Source: Opitutales bacterium (GTDB taxonomy: Bacteria > Verrucomicrobiota > Verrucomicrobiia > Opitutales > CAXXNP01). From it: 64,000 nt of DNA. Positions 1 through 8,756 of this stretch are shown here, piece by piece. Each line of letters opens with the position of its first letter. Position 1 is the stretch's first letter. The notes under the pieces are model-generated. The model had not been told where the DNA came from, did no database searches, and worked only from the letters and a program-made list of their open reading frames with translations. The position numbers and the translations under genes are program-made. Location of the stretch: the NCBI GenBank assembly GCA_963665345.2, contig OY762281.2, positions 1,382,563 to 1,446,562 of the forward strand, given 5' to 3'.

Positions 1-63
1 CACGAACGCATATCCTCCTCCGAGGACGGCCAGAAAGATTATCAATAGTGCCAGCTTTCGCAT
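1..63 (-). CDS. 5' end of a membrane/secreted protein gene that runs off the window
   Basis: Reverse complement of 1-63 reads ATG MRKLALLIIFLAVLGGGYAFV with no stop before the window edge. The segment is hydrophobic and signal/TM-like. It is too short for a family call. Confidence 0.3.
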   Translation of the reverse strand, partial: MRKLALLIIFLAVLGGGYAFV

Positions 64-195
64 ATCTGGATTGTTGGGGATTCCGGAAGATAAGGAAAGC
101 TCGATACGATCGAAGGCAGAGGGCTACACAAGTTTCCCAACATTAACTAAGTAAACGCCTGGGACTAGGTCGAGTTTCATGCGTAGGTGCCTTTG

Positions 196-306
196 GTAGC
201 TGGACGCTTTCGCGTTCAGACAACCAGCTTGATCCAGTTTAGCACTGCGAGCAGGAGAGAAAACACAGGATCGGTCGCAAAAGTAGGATGGAGCGCCTGC
301 TCCGTC
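196..306 (+). repeat. REP-like GTAG-headed hairpin units (family A at 196-219, family B at 283-306)
   Basis: A = GTAGCTGGACGCTTTCGCGTTCAG and B = GTAGGATGGAGCGCCTGCTCCGTC. Each is GTAG plus a short imperfect palindrome. The same units recur at 1960, 5260-5465 and 7115-7226. ORF 216..407(-) is just a translation of these repeats. Confidence 0.7.
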
Positions 307-497
307 ATATTGATGTATGCCATGGCCTGAGCTAAGTTAGCGCTTATGGGGCTCCGCCTCCGCGACGCTTCCTTGGCCTTCCGAAGTCTATCGATTGGTC
401 GCGGCATCGGTAGTAGGGACGGTCCGCTCGTTCGTCCGTTCCCGGCGCCTACCTGAATTTTCTCGCGCTCAGTCGGAGCATCGCTTTGTTGCTTGAC

Positions 498-1430
498 ATG
501 GAGTATCGACGTTTGGGCCGGACTGGCCTTGAAGTTTCAGTCATGGGTTTCGGCTGTGGCGGGCCCAGTCGAGCCGGAGTCAGTACGGATAAGCCGAAAG
601 AGGAGTCGGTGCGCGTCATTCGGCGGGCTCTTGATGAAGGCGTGAACTTTGTCGATACCGCGGAGGCGTATGGAACCGAGGATATAGTTGGCGAAGCGAT
701 CGCCGGTCGGCCTCGCCATGCGGTTGTCATCTCGACCAAGAAAAGCACCTCTGCTGATCTCAAGCCGAGCGAAGTTGAGCGAAGCCTGGAGAATAGTCTG
801 CGTAAGCTGCGAACGGAGTATATCGATGTCTATCATATGCATGGAGTCCGCTATGGGGATTACGATTATCTCTGCCATGAGATTTTGCCGGTGTTTGAGA
901 AAGCGAAACAGGCGGGGAAGATTCGTTTCATCGGGATCACCGAAAGCTTCGGCGGCGATCCCGATCACCTGGGTCTTCAACGTGCGGTCCAGGATGACTG
1001 TTGGGATGTCATGATGGTGGGATTCAATGTGCTCAACCAGACGGCGCGGGATACACTTTTGGTAAAGACGAGGGAGATGGATATTGGCGTCCTGATCATG
1101 TTCGCCATCAGGCGCGCCTTGAGCAGGCAGGAGCGCCTCAGGGAGGTAATTGCTGAATTAGTCGGCAAGGGTGAAATTGAATCCGACGTCTTGGATAGAG
1201 ACGATCCGCTTGGTTTTCTCGTGCAGGAGGCGGGCGCGGCGAGTGTGCCGGACGCCTGTTATCGCTTCTGCCGCGACGAGCCTGGTACCCATGTCATTCT
1301 TTCGGGCACTGGGAGTATGGCACACCTGGAAGAAAATCTGGCTTCCTTTCGCCGACCTCCTCTGCCCGATGCAACAACGGAACGCTTGAGGCAGGTGTTT
1401 CGCAATGTTGTTTCCACTTCGGCTAATTAG
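498..1430 (+). CDS. aldo/keto reductase family oxidoreductase
   Basis: The N-terminus MEYRRLGRTGLEVSVMGFGCGG is a classic AKR start. FVDTAEAYG and IRFIGITE motifs are present. I prefer the ATG at 498 over the TTG at 486 given in the ORF track. Confidence 0.9.
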   Translation: MEYRRLGRTGLEVSVMGFGCGGPSRAGVSTDKPKEESVRVIRRALDEGVNFVDTAEAYGTEDIVGEAIAGRPRHAVVISTKKSTSADLKPSEVERSLENSLRKLRTEYIDVYHMHGVRYGDYDYLCHEILPVFEKAKQAGKIRFIGITESFGGDPDHLGLQRAVQDDCWDVMMVGFNVLNQTARDTLLVKTREMDIGVLIMFAIRRALSRQERLREVIAELVGKGEIESDVLDRDDPLGFLVQEAGAASVPDACYRFCRDEPGTHVILSGTGSMAHLEENLASFRRPPLPDATTERLRQVFRNVVSTSAN

Positions 1431-1959
1431 CAATTTGTCGGACTTGGATTCTTGGATTCTAGTCTTTTTGGAAAAGCTGGCCGAGAAAGCGAAGTAGGAA
1501 TTTGGGTGATCCGGGCAATTGACAAATTGCCTAAAGCTCTTCTGTAAAGAGCTTAATGGCCATCAACTATGGTTGCATTATGAACCTTTCGACGGTGCAA
1601 TCTGGAGGGCTGAGGTCCCACGAGGCCGAGCGCATGATTACCATTAAGATCAGGATCAGGACACGCTTCTGATGATGGGGCACAGCGGGTATCTCGAGAC
1701 GGACCGCCGCGCCCTCGTCAATACGCTCAGGCGGTTGCGACTTCCAAGCGACGACGAGACCGTCAAGCGCTACCGGACACCCTTTGAGGACACTCCATTT
1801 CAACCTGATTTCGAGATTTCAGATTTCGCCGAAATGGCCGACGCACTCTTGCCCTAGATAGTTTGCGGGAATTGCTCCGCCACAATACTGGCGCGATCCA
1901 TTCCGGTTCCCGTTCAAGGCCTCGAACTGGGAAAAGAACCGCGGATCAGGTCGCCGAAA

Positions 1960-1983
1960 GTAGGATGGAGCGCCCGCTCCGTC
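1960..1983 (+). repeat. REP-like unit, family B
   Basis: GTAGGATGGAGCGCCCGCTCCGTC, with a perfect GGAGCG/CGCTCC stem. About 15 nt of upstream flank (GGTCGC..AAA) is shared with the copy at 283. Confidence 0.65.
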
Positions 1984-2062
1984 GCCCGGGCAAGGAGACC
2001 GAACGGCCGAGCCGGAATTTCCGGGTTGTTCCAGCTCGTTCCCTACGCCACCTTTCACCGGT

Positions 2063-3619
2063 ATGGATTTTGATCTCCTGTTTCGAAACGCGCTTATCAT
2101 CGACGGAACCGGGGAGCGATCGGCTTTTCGCGGGGATTTGGGGGTCAAAGGTGATTGCATAGCCGCCATAGGCGATCTCGCGGAGGCGGAGGCCGCCAAC
2201 GAGTTCGACATCTCGGGCCGTATATTGTGCCCTGGGTTTATTGATGTTCATATCCATTCGGAAATCGCTATTCTGGGCGGGCCCGATCAGTTCTCCAGTG
2301 TGCGGCAGGGAGTGACGACGCACCTGCTCGCGCCCGACGGCTTCGGATGGGCGGGCTTGGCTAAAGATCCGGCAGTTGAACTTTGGGAGTACACACGGTT
2401 TTCAGTGGGAAATGTGGAGAGGATCCCAATTCCCTTGGAAATAGAGGATTACCTGAATCTATTCGAAGGGCACGTCCCGGTAAACGTGTATCCTCAGGTG
2501 CCCCACTGCGCGATTCGACTCGCCGTAATGGGTTGGTCTTCGCGTTCCGCCCGTGGCGATGAAATCCTCGAAATGGAGCGGCTCACTCGCGATTGGATGG
2601 AAGCGGGGGCGGGTGCGCTGAATCTCGGATTGGATTATCAGCCTACGGCAAATGCCAGCTTTCAGGAGATGGTGGCGCTTTGCCGTGTGGCTCGAGAATA
2701 CGGGGGAATTTACGCCGCACACATACGCTACCGTTTGCTGGGTCGCTACCGGGCATGGATGGAAACGGTCGAATTGGCGAAGGCGGCTGACATACCCGTC
2801 CATATCTCGCATGAGCGGGTTGACGATGAGGTCGAGCCGGTCCTCGAGCTGGTGGACCGCGAGGACGTCGACTTGACTTTCGAATCTTATCTCTATGCCG
2901 GTGGTATGACCCATCCAACCATGCGCTTGCCCATGGAATACCAGGTCGGTAGCCCTGCAGCTGTGTTGACCCGGTTGCAGGATGCCGATGTAAGGCAGCG
3001 CTGTCTCGCGTTTCTGAAGGATGATCTAAAAGGAATGAATCCCGTGATCGGCAACACGCGTTCAGGCCGATTTACGGGTGAAAAGCTGGCTGCCGTGGCG
3101 GCGCGCCGAAAACAGTCCGTGGCAGTTTGTCTCTACGACCTCATTCTGGAAGAGAATGGGTTGCAGGCTTACGTGATGCCCTGGCCCATAACTGCTGAAA
3201 AAGCAGCAGCTACGTTGGATCGGACAGTCCAGCACCCCCGCATGATGGTGGCGAGTGATGCCATTTACAATGTGCCGTTTTCCCATCCGCGAAGTTACGG
3301 TTGTTTTCCCCGCGTGCTGGGTGAGTTCGTGAGAGAGCGGAACCGGATCAGCTTGGAGTCGGCCCTGTTTAAGATGTGCGGTTTCCCAGCCCGGCGCTTC
3401 AGTATTCCGAACCGGGGTGAGATCGCAGTAGGCAAGACTGCTGATCTGGTCGTCTTCGATCCGAATTCGGTGGCCGGGCCGAGCAGCTGGGAATCACCTC
3501 ATCTCCTGCCAATCGGAATCGAGCACGTTGCGGTTAGTGGGAGGATCGTTATCGAAGACGGCAAGCCGACCGGTTCGCTCCCAGGTAGGTTGTTGCGCAG
3601 CGAGGGCAAGCGGCGCTAA
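2063..3619 (+). CDS. N-acyl-D-amino-acid deacylase (D-aminoacylase) family amidohydrolase
   Basis: The start DLLFRNALIIDGTGERSAFRGDLGVKGDCIAAIGDL...CPGFIDVHIHSE is typical of this family. It carries the metal-binding HxH, and the length (518 aa) fits. Confidence 0.85.
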   Translation: MDFDLLFRNALIIDGTGERSAFRGDLGVKGDCIAAIGDLAEAEAANEFDISGRILCPGFIDVHIHSEIAILGGPDQFSSVRQGVTTHLLAPDGFGWAGLAKDPAVELWEYTRFSVGNVERIPIPLEIEDYLNLFEGHVPVNVYPQVPHCAIRLAVMGWSSRSARGDEILEMERLTRDWMEAGAGALNLGLDYQPTANASFQEMVALCRVAREYGGIYAAHIRYRLLGRYRAWMETVELAKAADIPVHISHERVDDEVEPVLELVDREDVDLTFESYLYAGGMTHPTMRLPMEYQVGSPAAVLTRLQDADVRQRCLAFLKDDLKGMNPVIGNTRSGRFTGEKLAAVAARRKQSVAVCLYDLILEENGLQAYVMPWPITAEKAAATLDRTVQHPRMMVASDAIYNVPFSHPRSYGCFPRVLGEFVRERNRISLESALFKMCGFPARRFSIPNRGEIAVGKTADLVVFDPNSVAGPSSWESPHLLPIGIEHVAVSGRIVIEDGKPTGSLPGRLLRSEGKRR

Positions 3620-3645
3620 AGCGTTAGTGTTTCGCGATCTGTCGC

Positions 3646-3681
3646 TAGCCCCAAAATAAGCGAAGCGGCATTTTGGGGCTA
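3646..3681. terminator. 12-bp perfect stem-loop just downstream of the deacylase gene
   Basis: TAGCCCCAAAAT (3646-3657) pairs with ATTTTGGGGCTA (3670-3681), with a 12-nt loop. There is no clear U-tract, so terminator function is tentative. Confidence 0.35.
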
Positions 3682-4228
3682 AAATGGGCCCGAAAAACCG
3701 TGTTGAAATAAACATAAGCGTCCATATATAAATAGCTTACGAAATTCATCAAGACCGATATAAGGGACACCTTCGAAGTTAATGTTGACAAGCGGCGCTG
3801 CAATTGGATCGGAAATACAAACGGCGGCAAATCTGGAGGGACGAGGGCCCCCGAGTCCGCAAGGCAGGCAACCTTCCCTATCGCTGATCATACCTTTCAG
3901 GCGGGCAACCGGCTCGTTCCCGATACCGGACCTGGTAGCGGCCTCCGGAGCCGTCGTCCCTCCAGAGGCTGGCAGACCGCTTTGCATCTGCCAAAGTTCG
4001 CTGGATCTGTCGCTAGCAGGCTGTCGGTTTTGAGGTTTCTGCTGAATCCGAATTTTCAAACATTCTACTTCAATGTACCCGTTTGGCGCGTTTCAGGCTC
4101 TCCGGTCTCGTGCCGGGGTGGCGCCCGGTTTCCAGCTACTGGACACGACTGGGATGGCATGCATTTATAACCGTTCAGCAGAAACCCGCGAGAGATGCGA
4201 GGCAAAGCCCGAAAGATTGCTATAAACC

Positions 4229-5263
4229 ATGACGAGACTGGGGCGCTATCAGCGTAAATTGGAAACCGGTGCTCAGCGGGGCCGATCCCTGAAAACGGGT
4301 CCGCTGTTCCTGGCTCTATGCTTTCAGGGCGTCTTGTTGTTGGGTACCGCGTTTGTAGTCGTTATCGCACCGCTCTATCGGAAGAAACCCGAATTCAGTT
4401 CGCACAAGACAATATACCTTCCTCAGCGTGAACTTGAGCATCGCGAGGCGGTAGCAGAGCTGCGGCAGGTCGCCAGCCCGCCGGTCATGATGGAGCGATT
4501 GACCACCACGGCACTCTTGCCTGACCGCCTCCCCCAATTGCCGTCGTTTCCCAAGGTGGAGTACTCGCTCTCCGACAAGAGCTTACCCGTCAACCATTCG
4601 CATAGTCTGCTCGGGGAGGCAGGTTTGGTTTCGGCCCTGCAAGGTCTCGGCCAGGGCGCGTCTGCGGCATCACTTTTCGGTATTGAAGATCAGGCCGAGC
4701 GCTTCCTGATCATGTTTGATGACGGGGGATCCGTTCTGAACAAAGCCAGGGCCAGTGGGGCGCCGATTGAAATTATCAAAGAGGAAGCCATTCGCATGGT
4801 CGAGCAACTGAACGCCAATACGCTTTTTGGCATCGTGAATTTCGTGCGTCAGGTAGGTTCATTTCGCGATTTCCTTTTGCCCGCTACGGTTACCGGCAAA
4901 GCCTCCGCCCGGGATTGGATTAACCGTAATTTTGGAAATCGCCGGAAAAAAACCGGATTGACGGTTACGGGTTCTGGCATTGAGGCTGCCTTTGAGGTAG
5001 CGTTCCAACTGCAGCCCGATGTTATCTATGTCATGTCCGACGCCGATTTTCAGCGCAATAAGGTTGGTGCGGGCGGTTCTCGGGGCGAACAGGTTCCTTG
5101 GGGCGATCTGAGGAGCAGCTTGCGTGAGCTTAGGCATCGATACGACCGCGATCTACGTATTCATTTTATCGGTTTCCAGGTCGAAGAGGCGCATCGGGCT
5201 GAGATGAAACGGCTGGTTCGGACTTTCCTCGGAAAGTACCGAGACATAGGTTCGGGCAAGTAG
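4229..5263 (+). CDS. membrane-anchored protein with a vWA-like domain
   Basis: N-terminal TM segment (GPLFLALCFQGVLLLGTAFVVVIAPL). The C-terminal half shows a vWA-like pattern: FLIMFDDGGSV, FGIVNF, GSGIEAAFEVAF, VIYVMSDADF. The gene ends in TAG. Confidence 0.6.
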   Translation: MTRLGRYQRKLETGAQRGRSLKTGPLFLALCFQGVLLLGTAFVVVIAPLYRKKPEFSSHKTIYLPQRELEHREAVAELRQVASPPVMMERLTTTALLPDRLPQLPSFPKVEYSLSDKSLPVNHSHSLLGEAGLVSALQGLGQGASAASLFGIEDQAERFLIMFDDGGSVLNKARASGAPIEIIKEEAIRMVEQLNANTLFGIVNFVRQVGSFRDFLLPATVTGKASARDWINRNFGNRRKKTGLTVTGSGIEAAFEVAFQLQPDVIYVMSDADFQRNKVGAGGSRGEQVPWGDLRSSLRELRHRYDRDLRIHFIGFQVEEAHRAEMKRLVRTFLGKYRDIGSGK

Positions 5264-5465
5264 CATGGAGCGCCGTCCGCGACATCGAATCATGATAGCC
5301 TGGTCGTGGATCAAGCTGCCGTAGCCGTAGCTGGACGCCTTCGCGTTCAGTTGCCAAGCACCGTAGGATGGAGTGCTGCTCCGTCCCTCAGGTTCGAAGA
5401 TGATTGCCTGGCCGAGCATCAATGCGTCGGTAGCCTTATCCGTAGCTGGACTCCTTCGCGTTCAG
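5260..5465 (+). repeat. four alternating REP-like units (B' 5260-5283, A 5327-5350, B 5363-5385, A' 5442-5465)
   Basis: GTAGCATGGAGCGCCGTCCGCGAC; GTAGCTGGACGCCTTCGCGTTCAG; GTAGGATGGAGTGCTGCTCCGTC; GTAGCTGGACTCCTTCGCGTTCAG. Together they fill the spacer between the vWA-like gene and the DUF374 gene. Confidence 0.75.
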
Positions 5466-5486
5466 ATACCAAGATTGAACAGGCAA

Positions 5487-6181
5487 TGACTAACTCGGCT
5501 AATCTTCCAGAACCTGCACCTGAGGCGATGTCCCGGGGAGTCTACACGGGTTCGATCTGGCGCACGGCCGCGCTTTTTCCTTTCAGCGTCATCCTCAGGC
5601 TCTGGTCGGCAACCCTCAGGTTTGAAGTCGATGACACTGCCCTTCAGAGAATCGCGGTTTCAGGACGGGGGATCGTATTCATCTTCTGGCACAATCGCCT
5701 CTTCATCGTATCTGAACTCTACCGTCGATTCCGAAGGGGCGGACGTATCTTTGCGCTCGTCAGCGCCAGCCGGGACGGAGCCTGGTTAGCAAGTCTGTTT
5801 CATCTGCTCGGCATTGGAGCCATCCGAGGTTCAGGTTACTTCCGTGCTTACGGCGCCGCTCGAGAGTTGCTGAACGTGCTCGCCGAGGGCGCCGACATTG
5901 GAATCACTCCCGATGGTTCGCGAGGTCCGGTCTATCGCCTGCGGCAGGGTGCTATTCTACTAGCCGAACGGGCCAATGCTCCAGTGCTCCTGGTTTCAGC
6001 CCGCTTCGAAAAGTCTTGGCGTTTACATACCTGGGACGGCTTCTACCTGCCGAAACCGTTTTCAAAAGTGGTCATCGAGAATCGGGCTTTCTCGGGTTAC
6101 GCGGAGTTGGGACTACCCCAGGATCGTCGACACGCGGCGGCTCGCCTTCAGGAAATGTTGATGGCTATCACGGAGGATTAG
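5487..6181 (+). CDS. DUF374-type lysophospholipid acyltransferase family protein
   Basis: Motifs FIFWHNRLF, ASRDGAWLA, GITPDGSRGP and WDGFYLPKPFSKVVI are typical of DUF374. Start set at ATG 5487 (MTNSANL). The longer ORF from 5306 only translates the REP-like units. Confidence 0.8.
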
Positions 6182-6292
6182 TGTGCCTCAGCAACAACCT
6201 CAAACGGCTCATCAATCTAATGGGCGAGGATCGCACTATGGAACCCTAAGAAGGGCCATTCAGGGAGCATTTTCGTCCCACTAAATGCTTCC

Positions 6293-6313
6293 GCGCTCTT
6301 CGCAGAAGAGCGT
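6293..6313. terminator. hairpin between convergent genes
   Basis: GCGCTCTTC gca GAAGAGCGT gives 8 bp plus one G:U pair. It lies between the DUF374 gene (+) and the 6409..6891 gene (-). Confidence 0.35.
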
Positions 6314-6408
6314 TAGGCAATCTGTCGCCTGCCTGACCGCCCGAAATCCAGTTTCCCTACGTTCACCCAATTCCTTCCACAAACTCAGAATCCAAGCCCG
6401 ACAGATTG

Positions 6409-6891
6409 CTAAAATGTGGGTTGCATCACTGATTTTTGCCCATGGCGAATGGCGATATTTTCGCCTGCCGACCAGGTAAAGTCGTTGATCAGAAACTTGC
6501 AGATCAGGTCTTCTTCGAGGCGCTCACTGCACCACTGCCATATGTCGGCTTCGATATTTTCCATGGCAATCCCGCGATGCCATCTGAGATTGGCGCCCTC
6601 GCCCCGGATAAAGAGCTCGTTGCCCCAGCCCACATCGACCTGGGCCATGATTATCGTTGGGTATACGGATTTAGGGCGCTTCCGAGTGGACGCTTTCTTG
6701 CCCGTTGCAGGCGTAGCGAGCGTCTTGTTGGCGGGCGCTTTTTTCGCACTGCGCGAACTTGCCGCGGAAGCACGGGCTTTGCTGCCAGCCTCAACCGCGC
6801 TGCTCTTCCTTGTTGTCGCCTTCCTCGTCATGGAAGCCGATGTTTTCGGGGATTTTGTTGATTTCTTTTCCCGTTTGGATCTCTCGCTCAT
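6409..6891 (-). CDS. hypothetical protein: Lys/Ser/Thr/Ala-rich basic N-terminus plus a possible CBM20-like beta-sandwich C-terminus
   Basis: Start placed at MSERSKREKKSTKSPK (ATG at 6891). The C-terminal GNELFIRGEGANLRW...IWQW...KFLINDFTWSAGEN resembles starch-binding (CBM20-type) signatures. That assignment is tentative. Confidence 0.55.
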   Translation of the reverse strand: MSERSKREKKSTKSPKTSASMTRKATTRKSSAVEAGSKARASAASSRSAKKAPANKTLATPATGKKASTRKRPKSVYPTIIMAQVDVGWGNELFIRGEGANLRWHRGIAMENIEADIWQWCSERLEEDLICKFLINDFTWSAGENIAIRHGQKSVMQPTF

Positions 6892-7114
6892 GATAATTAT
6901 ATGCTTTGAAAAACCCGAATTAAGAGATGCTTGATCAATATACGTCCCAGATTGCCAAGCAATTGGCAGACCAATTTTCACGTTTGAGCATAGATTGCTC
7001 ATCCGTGCTGCCAATGCCTGGTTATGGACATTAGGAGGTTCCGCATCGAGGCCCGCGCCCGTCAACTATGGTCGGATCATGAACCCTGGATTCTTGGAAA
7101 TCCCGCGAGGCGAT

Positions 7115-7226
7115 GTAGCTGGACGCCTTCGCGTTCAGGGCAGCTTGAATAATCGAGCCGGGTCTGAAGCCGAAAGGTTCCAGCTTCGATTTGCGCCTGG
7201 GCGTAGCTGGACGCCTTCGCGTTCAA
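7115..7226 (+). repeat. two family-A REP-like units (7115-7138, 7203-7226)
   Basis: GTAGCTGGACGCCTTCGCGTTCAG and GTAGCTGGACGCCTTCGCGTTCAA. Weaker decayed copies (..GTTAGGCAATTCGCGTTCAG.., ..GGGTAATCCGCGTGTTCAA..) follow up to about 7350. Confidence 0.7.
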
Positions 7227-7484
7227 ACGAAGAATATGATTACGATTAAGATTACAATCACGATGCGAAGCTCTGTTAATAAGCGTTAGGCAATTCGCGT
7301 TCAGCAGATGCTTATCATGCGCGTCGCTTGGGTAATCCGCGTGTTCAATTGACATAGAACCGTATTACGCCACTGTCTGGCTTCTTGCGGAGCGGTGATC
7401 GTCTTCTTTAGTTTTCTCAGGAGGCTGATTAAAGCATCCATTGCCACCATTCGCGGCCTGTTCACTATGTGAGCAGGAGTTCTT

Positions 7485-7560
7485 GGGGCCGTAGCTCAGA
7501 TGGAAGAGCGCTTGAATCGCACTCAAGAGGTCGGCGGTTCGATCCCGCTCGGCTCCACCA
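7485..7560 (+). tRNA. tRNA-Ala: tRNA-Ala (anticodon CGC)
   Basis: GGGGCCGTAGCTCAGATGGAAGAGCGCTTGAATCGCACTCAAGAGGTCGGCGGTTCGATCCCGCTCGGCTCCACCA folds as a cloverleaf. The anticodon loop is ATCGCAC, giving CGC. The G3:U70 Ala identity pair, the GTTCGATCC T-loop and an encoded CCA are all present. Confidence 0.95.
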
Positions 7561-7725
7561 TATAAATAGTTGATATTAAGCTATTTGCGAAATTAGCCTA
7601 GAAACGCAAGATTGTGATTGAGCGATATTTACGCAATCTGCGCTTGAATTTTGAGCCCCCGTGCCTCACTTTAGATCGGTCGTTTCCGTATCGATGGGCC
7701 TTTAGAAACCAAGCGAGAAGAGATT

Positions 7726-7823
7726 GAAGGTTGCCCCTATCAGGTTCGCCTCGCTCAGGACTGCCTTGCGCAGGTTTGCCCGCCCGGGTCGGCACTGTTG
7801 AGGTTGGCCTCGGTCAGGTCTGC
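7726..7823 (-). pseudogene. pentapeptide-repeat protein remnant (frameshifted)
   Basis: The minus strand reads ADLTEANLNSAD (7823-7788) in one frame and ANLRKAVLSEANLIGATF (7779-7726) in another. These are A(D/N)LxX pentapeptide repeats with no start codon and a frame break. Confidence 0.35.
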
Positions 7824-7852
7824 CCGGCTTGCCCCAGACCTGCTGGAGGCAT

Positions 7853-8656
7853 TCAATTTTCCCGGTTTCCAGATATCTTTTCCCAGCCCAGGCGGCACGA
7901 TCGCCCAGACCTGATGGCGGCCTGTATCACGCCCTCTTCCCAGAACGTCTTCAGCGAGTCCGGCATCTGAGAATCGGCATAGTGCCGGCTGGTTGTGTTG
8001 GCATCGAAATGCCCGCCCTGCTGTTGTGCAGCCAGCAGACCGTCAATCTTGACCTTACTGGAGAACCAGAACGTGCGTAACCCATGTGCGGGGTGGGTGA
8101 CATTTAACCCTTTCACCCGCAACCACTGGCTCAACCTCTGAAACGCCATCCCTGCCTTGTGGTAGTGGTCGAGTCGCTCCTCCGCATCTCCATCGAGAAC
8201 AAAGTCCGACCCTGATCGTTGTTTCCAGAGCTCACGATAGGCAAACTCGCTCACCACCACCTCCCTCTCGTGCTCGGCCTTCGGCATGAAGCGCCCGTCG
8301 GCATGAACCCGAAGCTCAACCACATCGCCGATGTTCCACTATTGCCAGCGGCAAAACCCCGCCTCTCTGCGCCGGCGCCGCTGGAGCATCTCGAGGTCGT
8401 CTTCATTAACCTCACTCAGAATGGCGTCCTGGAAGTCGTGGAGTAGTCGAGCCGTCAACTCATTAACCCGCATCGCTTCATACGGCGAATAGTCGATCTT
8501 GGGCGACCCCGACCGGCTCACGAATTCCTCGCCCCGACGGTAAGCGTCCACCCGCCGCCGCAGCAACATCAGCGACGACCAGTTCGTTTTAACGGTCCCA
8601 GGCGACAACCCGAACCGCTTCGCCGTGCTTAGATATTCGTCAATTATCTCTCCCAA
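7853..8656 (-). pseudogene. tyrosine recombinase/integrase interrupted by one in-frame TAG
   Basis: ORFs 8339..8656 (SAM-like N-domain, GEIIDEYLSTAKRFGLSPGTVKTNW) and 7853..8323 (catalytic part with HGLRTFW and GGHFDANTTSRHY) are in the same frame. They are separated only by a TAG at 8341-8339 (..CRWQ*WNIGDVVEL..). The gene lies 3' of the tRNA and points towards it. Confidence 0.75.
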
Positions 8657-8756
8657 CGTCGAGAAACCGCCCCGGCCGTTTTTTTTTCTGGGGTTAAAGC
8701 GCGCGATTGCCTCTTTCAGTGTGTGCTGCCTGTCCTGAAGGAAGTGTCAATGTAGC

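Noticed and set aside
216-407. 63-aa ORF on the minus strand, and the 5306-5486 extension of the DUF374 ORF
   Set aside because: Both are composed of translated REP-like repeat units. The same peptide strings (VAGRLRVQ, SWTPSRS) reappear wherever the repeats occur.
1672-1857. 61-aa ORF (MMGHSGYLETDRRALVNTLRRL...) in the AKR-deacylase spacer
   Set aside because: No recognisable family, no obvious ribosome-binding context, and it lies in a repeat-bearing intergenic region. Left unannotated.
3620-4228. Housekeeping ncRNA (SRP RNA, RNase P, 6S, tmRNA) in the 600-bp gap
   Set aside because: I could not find the conserved cores: GGAAGCAGC for SRP, GAGGAAAGTCC for RNase P, or a tRNA-like end for tmRNA. 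A weak ACCAGGTCCGG match on the minus strand is too short.
5260-7226. Could the recurring 24-nt units be a CRISPR array?
   Set aside because: Two different units alternate. Spacing is irregular (36-90 nt). The copies are scattered over several intergenic regions, and no cas genes are present. The GTAG + hairpin form fits REP-like elements instead.
7491-7510. Family-B unit GTAG-GATGGA-GCGC resembles the tRNA-Ala D-arm GTAGCTCAGATGGAAGAGCGC (tRNA-derived element?)
   Set aside because: The shared blocks are only 4+6+4 nt and need two deletions. That is too short to distinguish from chance without a genome-wide alignment.
8339-8341. Two genes (integrase at 8341-8339, PIN at 51213-51211) both carry an in-frame TAG: stop-codon reassignment or programmed read-through?
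   Set aside because: TAG is used as an ordinary terminator by clearly intact genes here, for example at 5261-5263, 13212-14 and 28806-08. No Pyl or suppressor machinery is visible. Simple nonsense mutations in selfish genes are the economical explanation.
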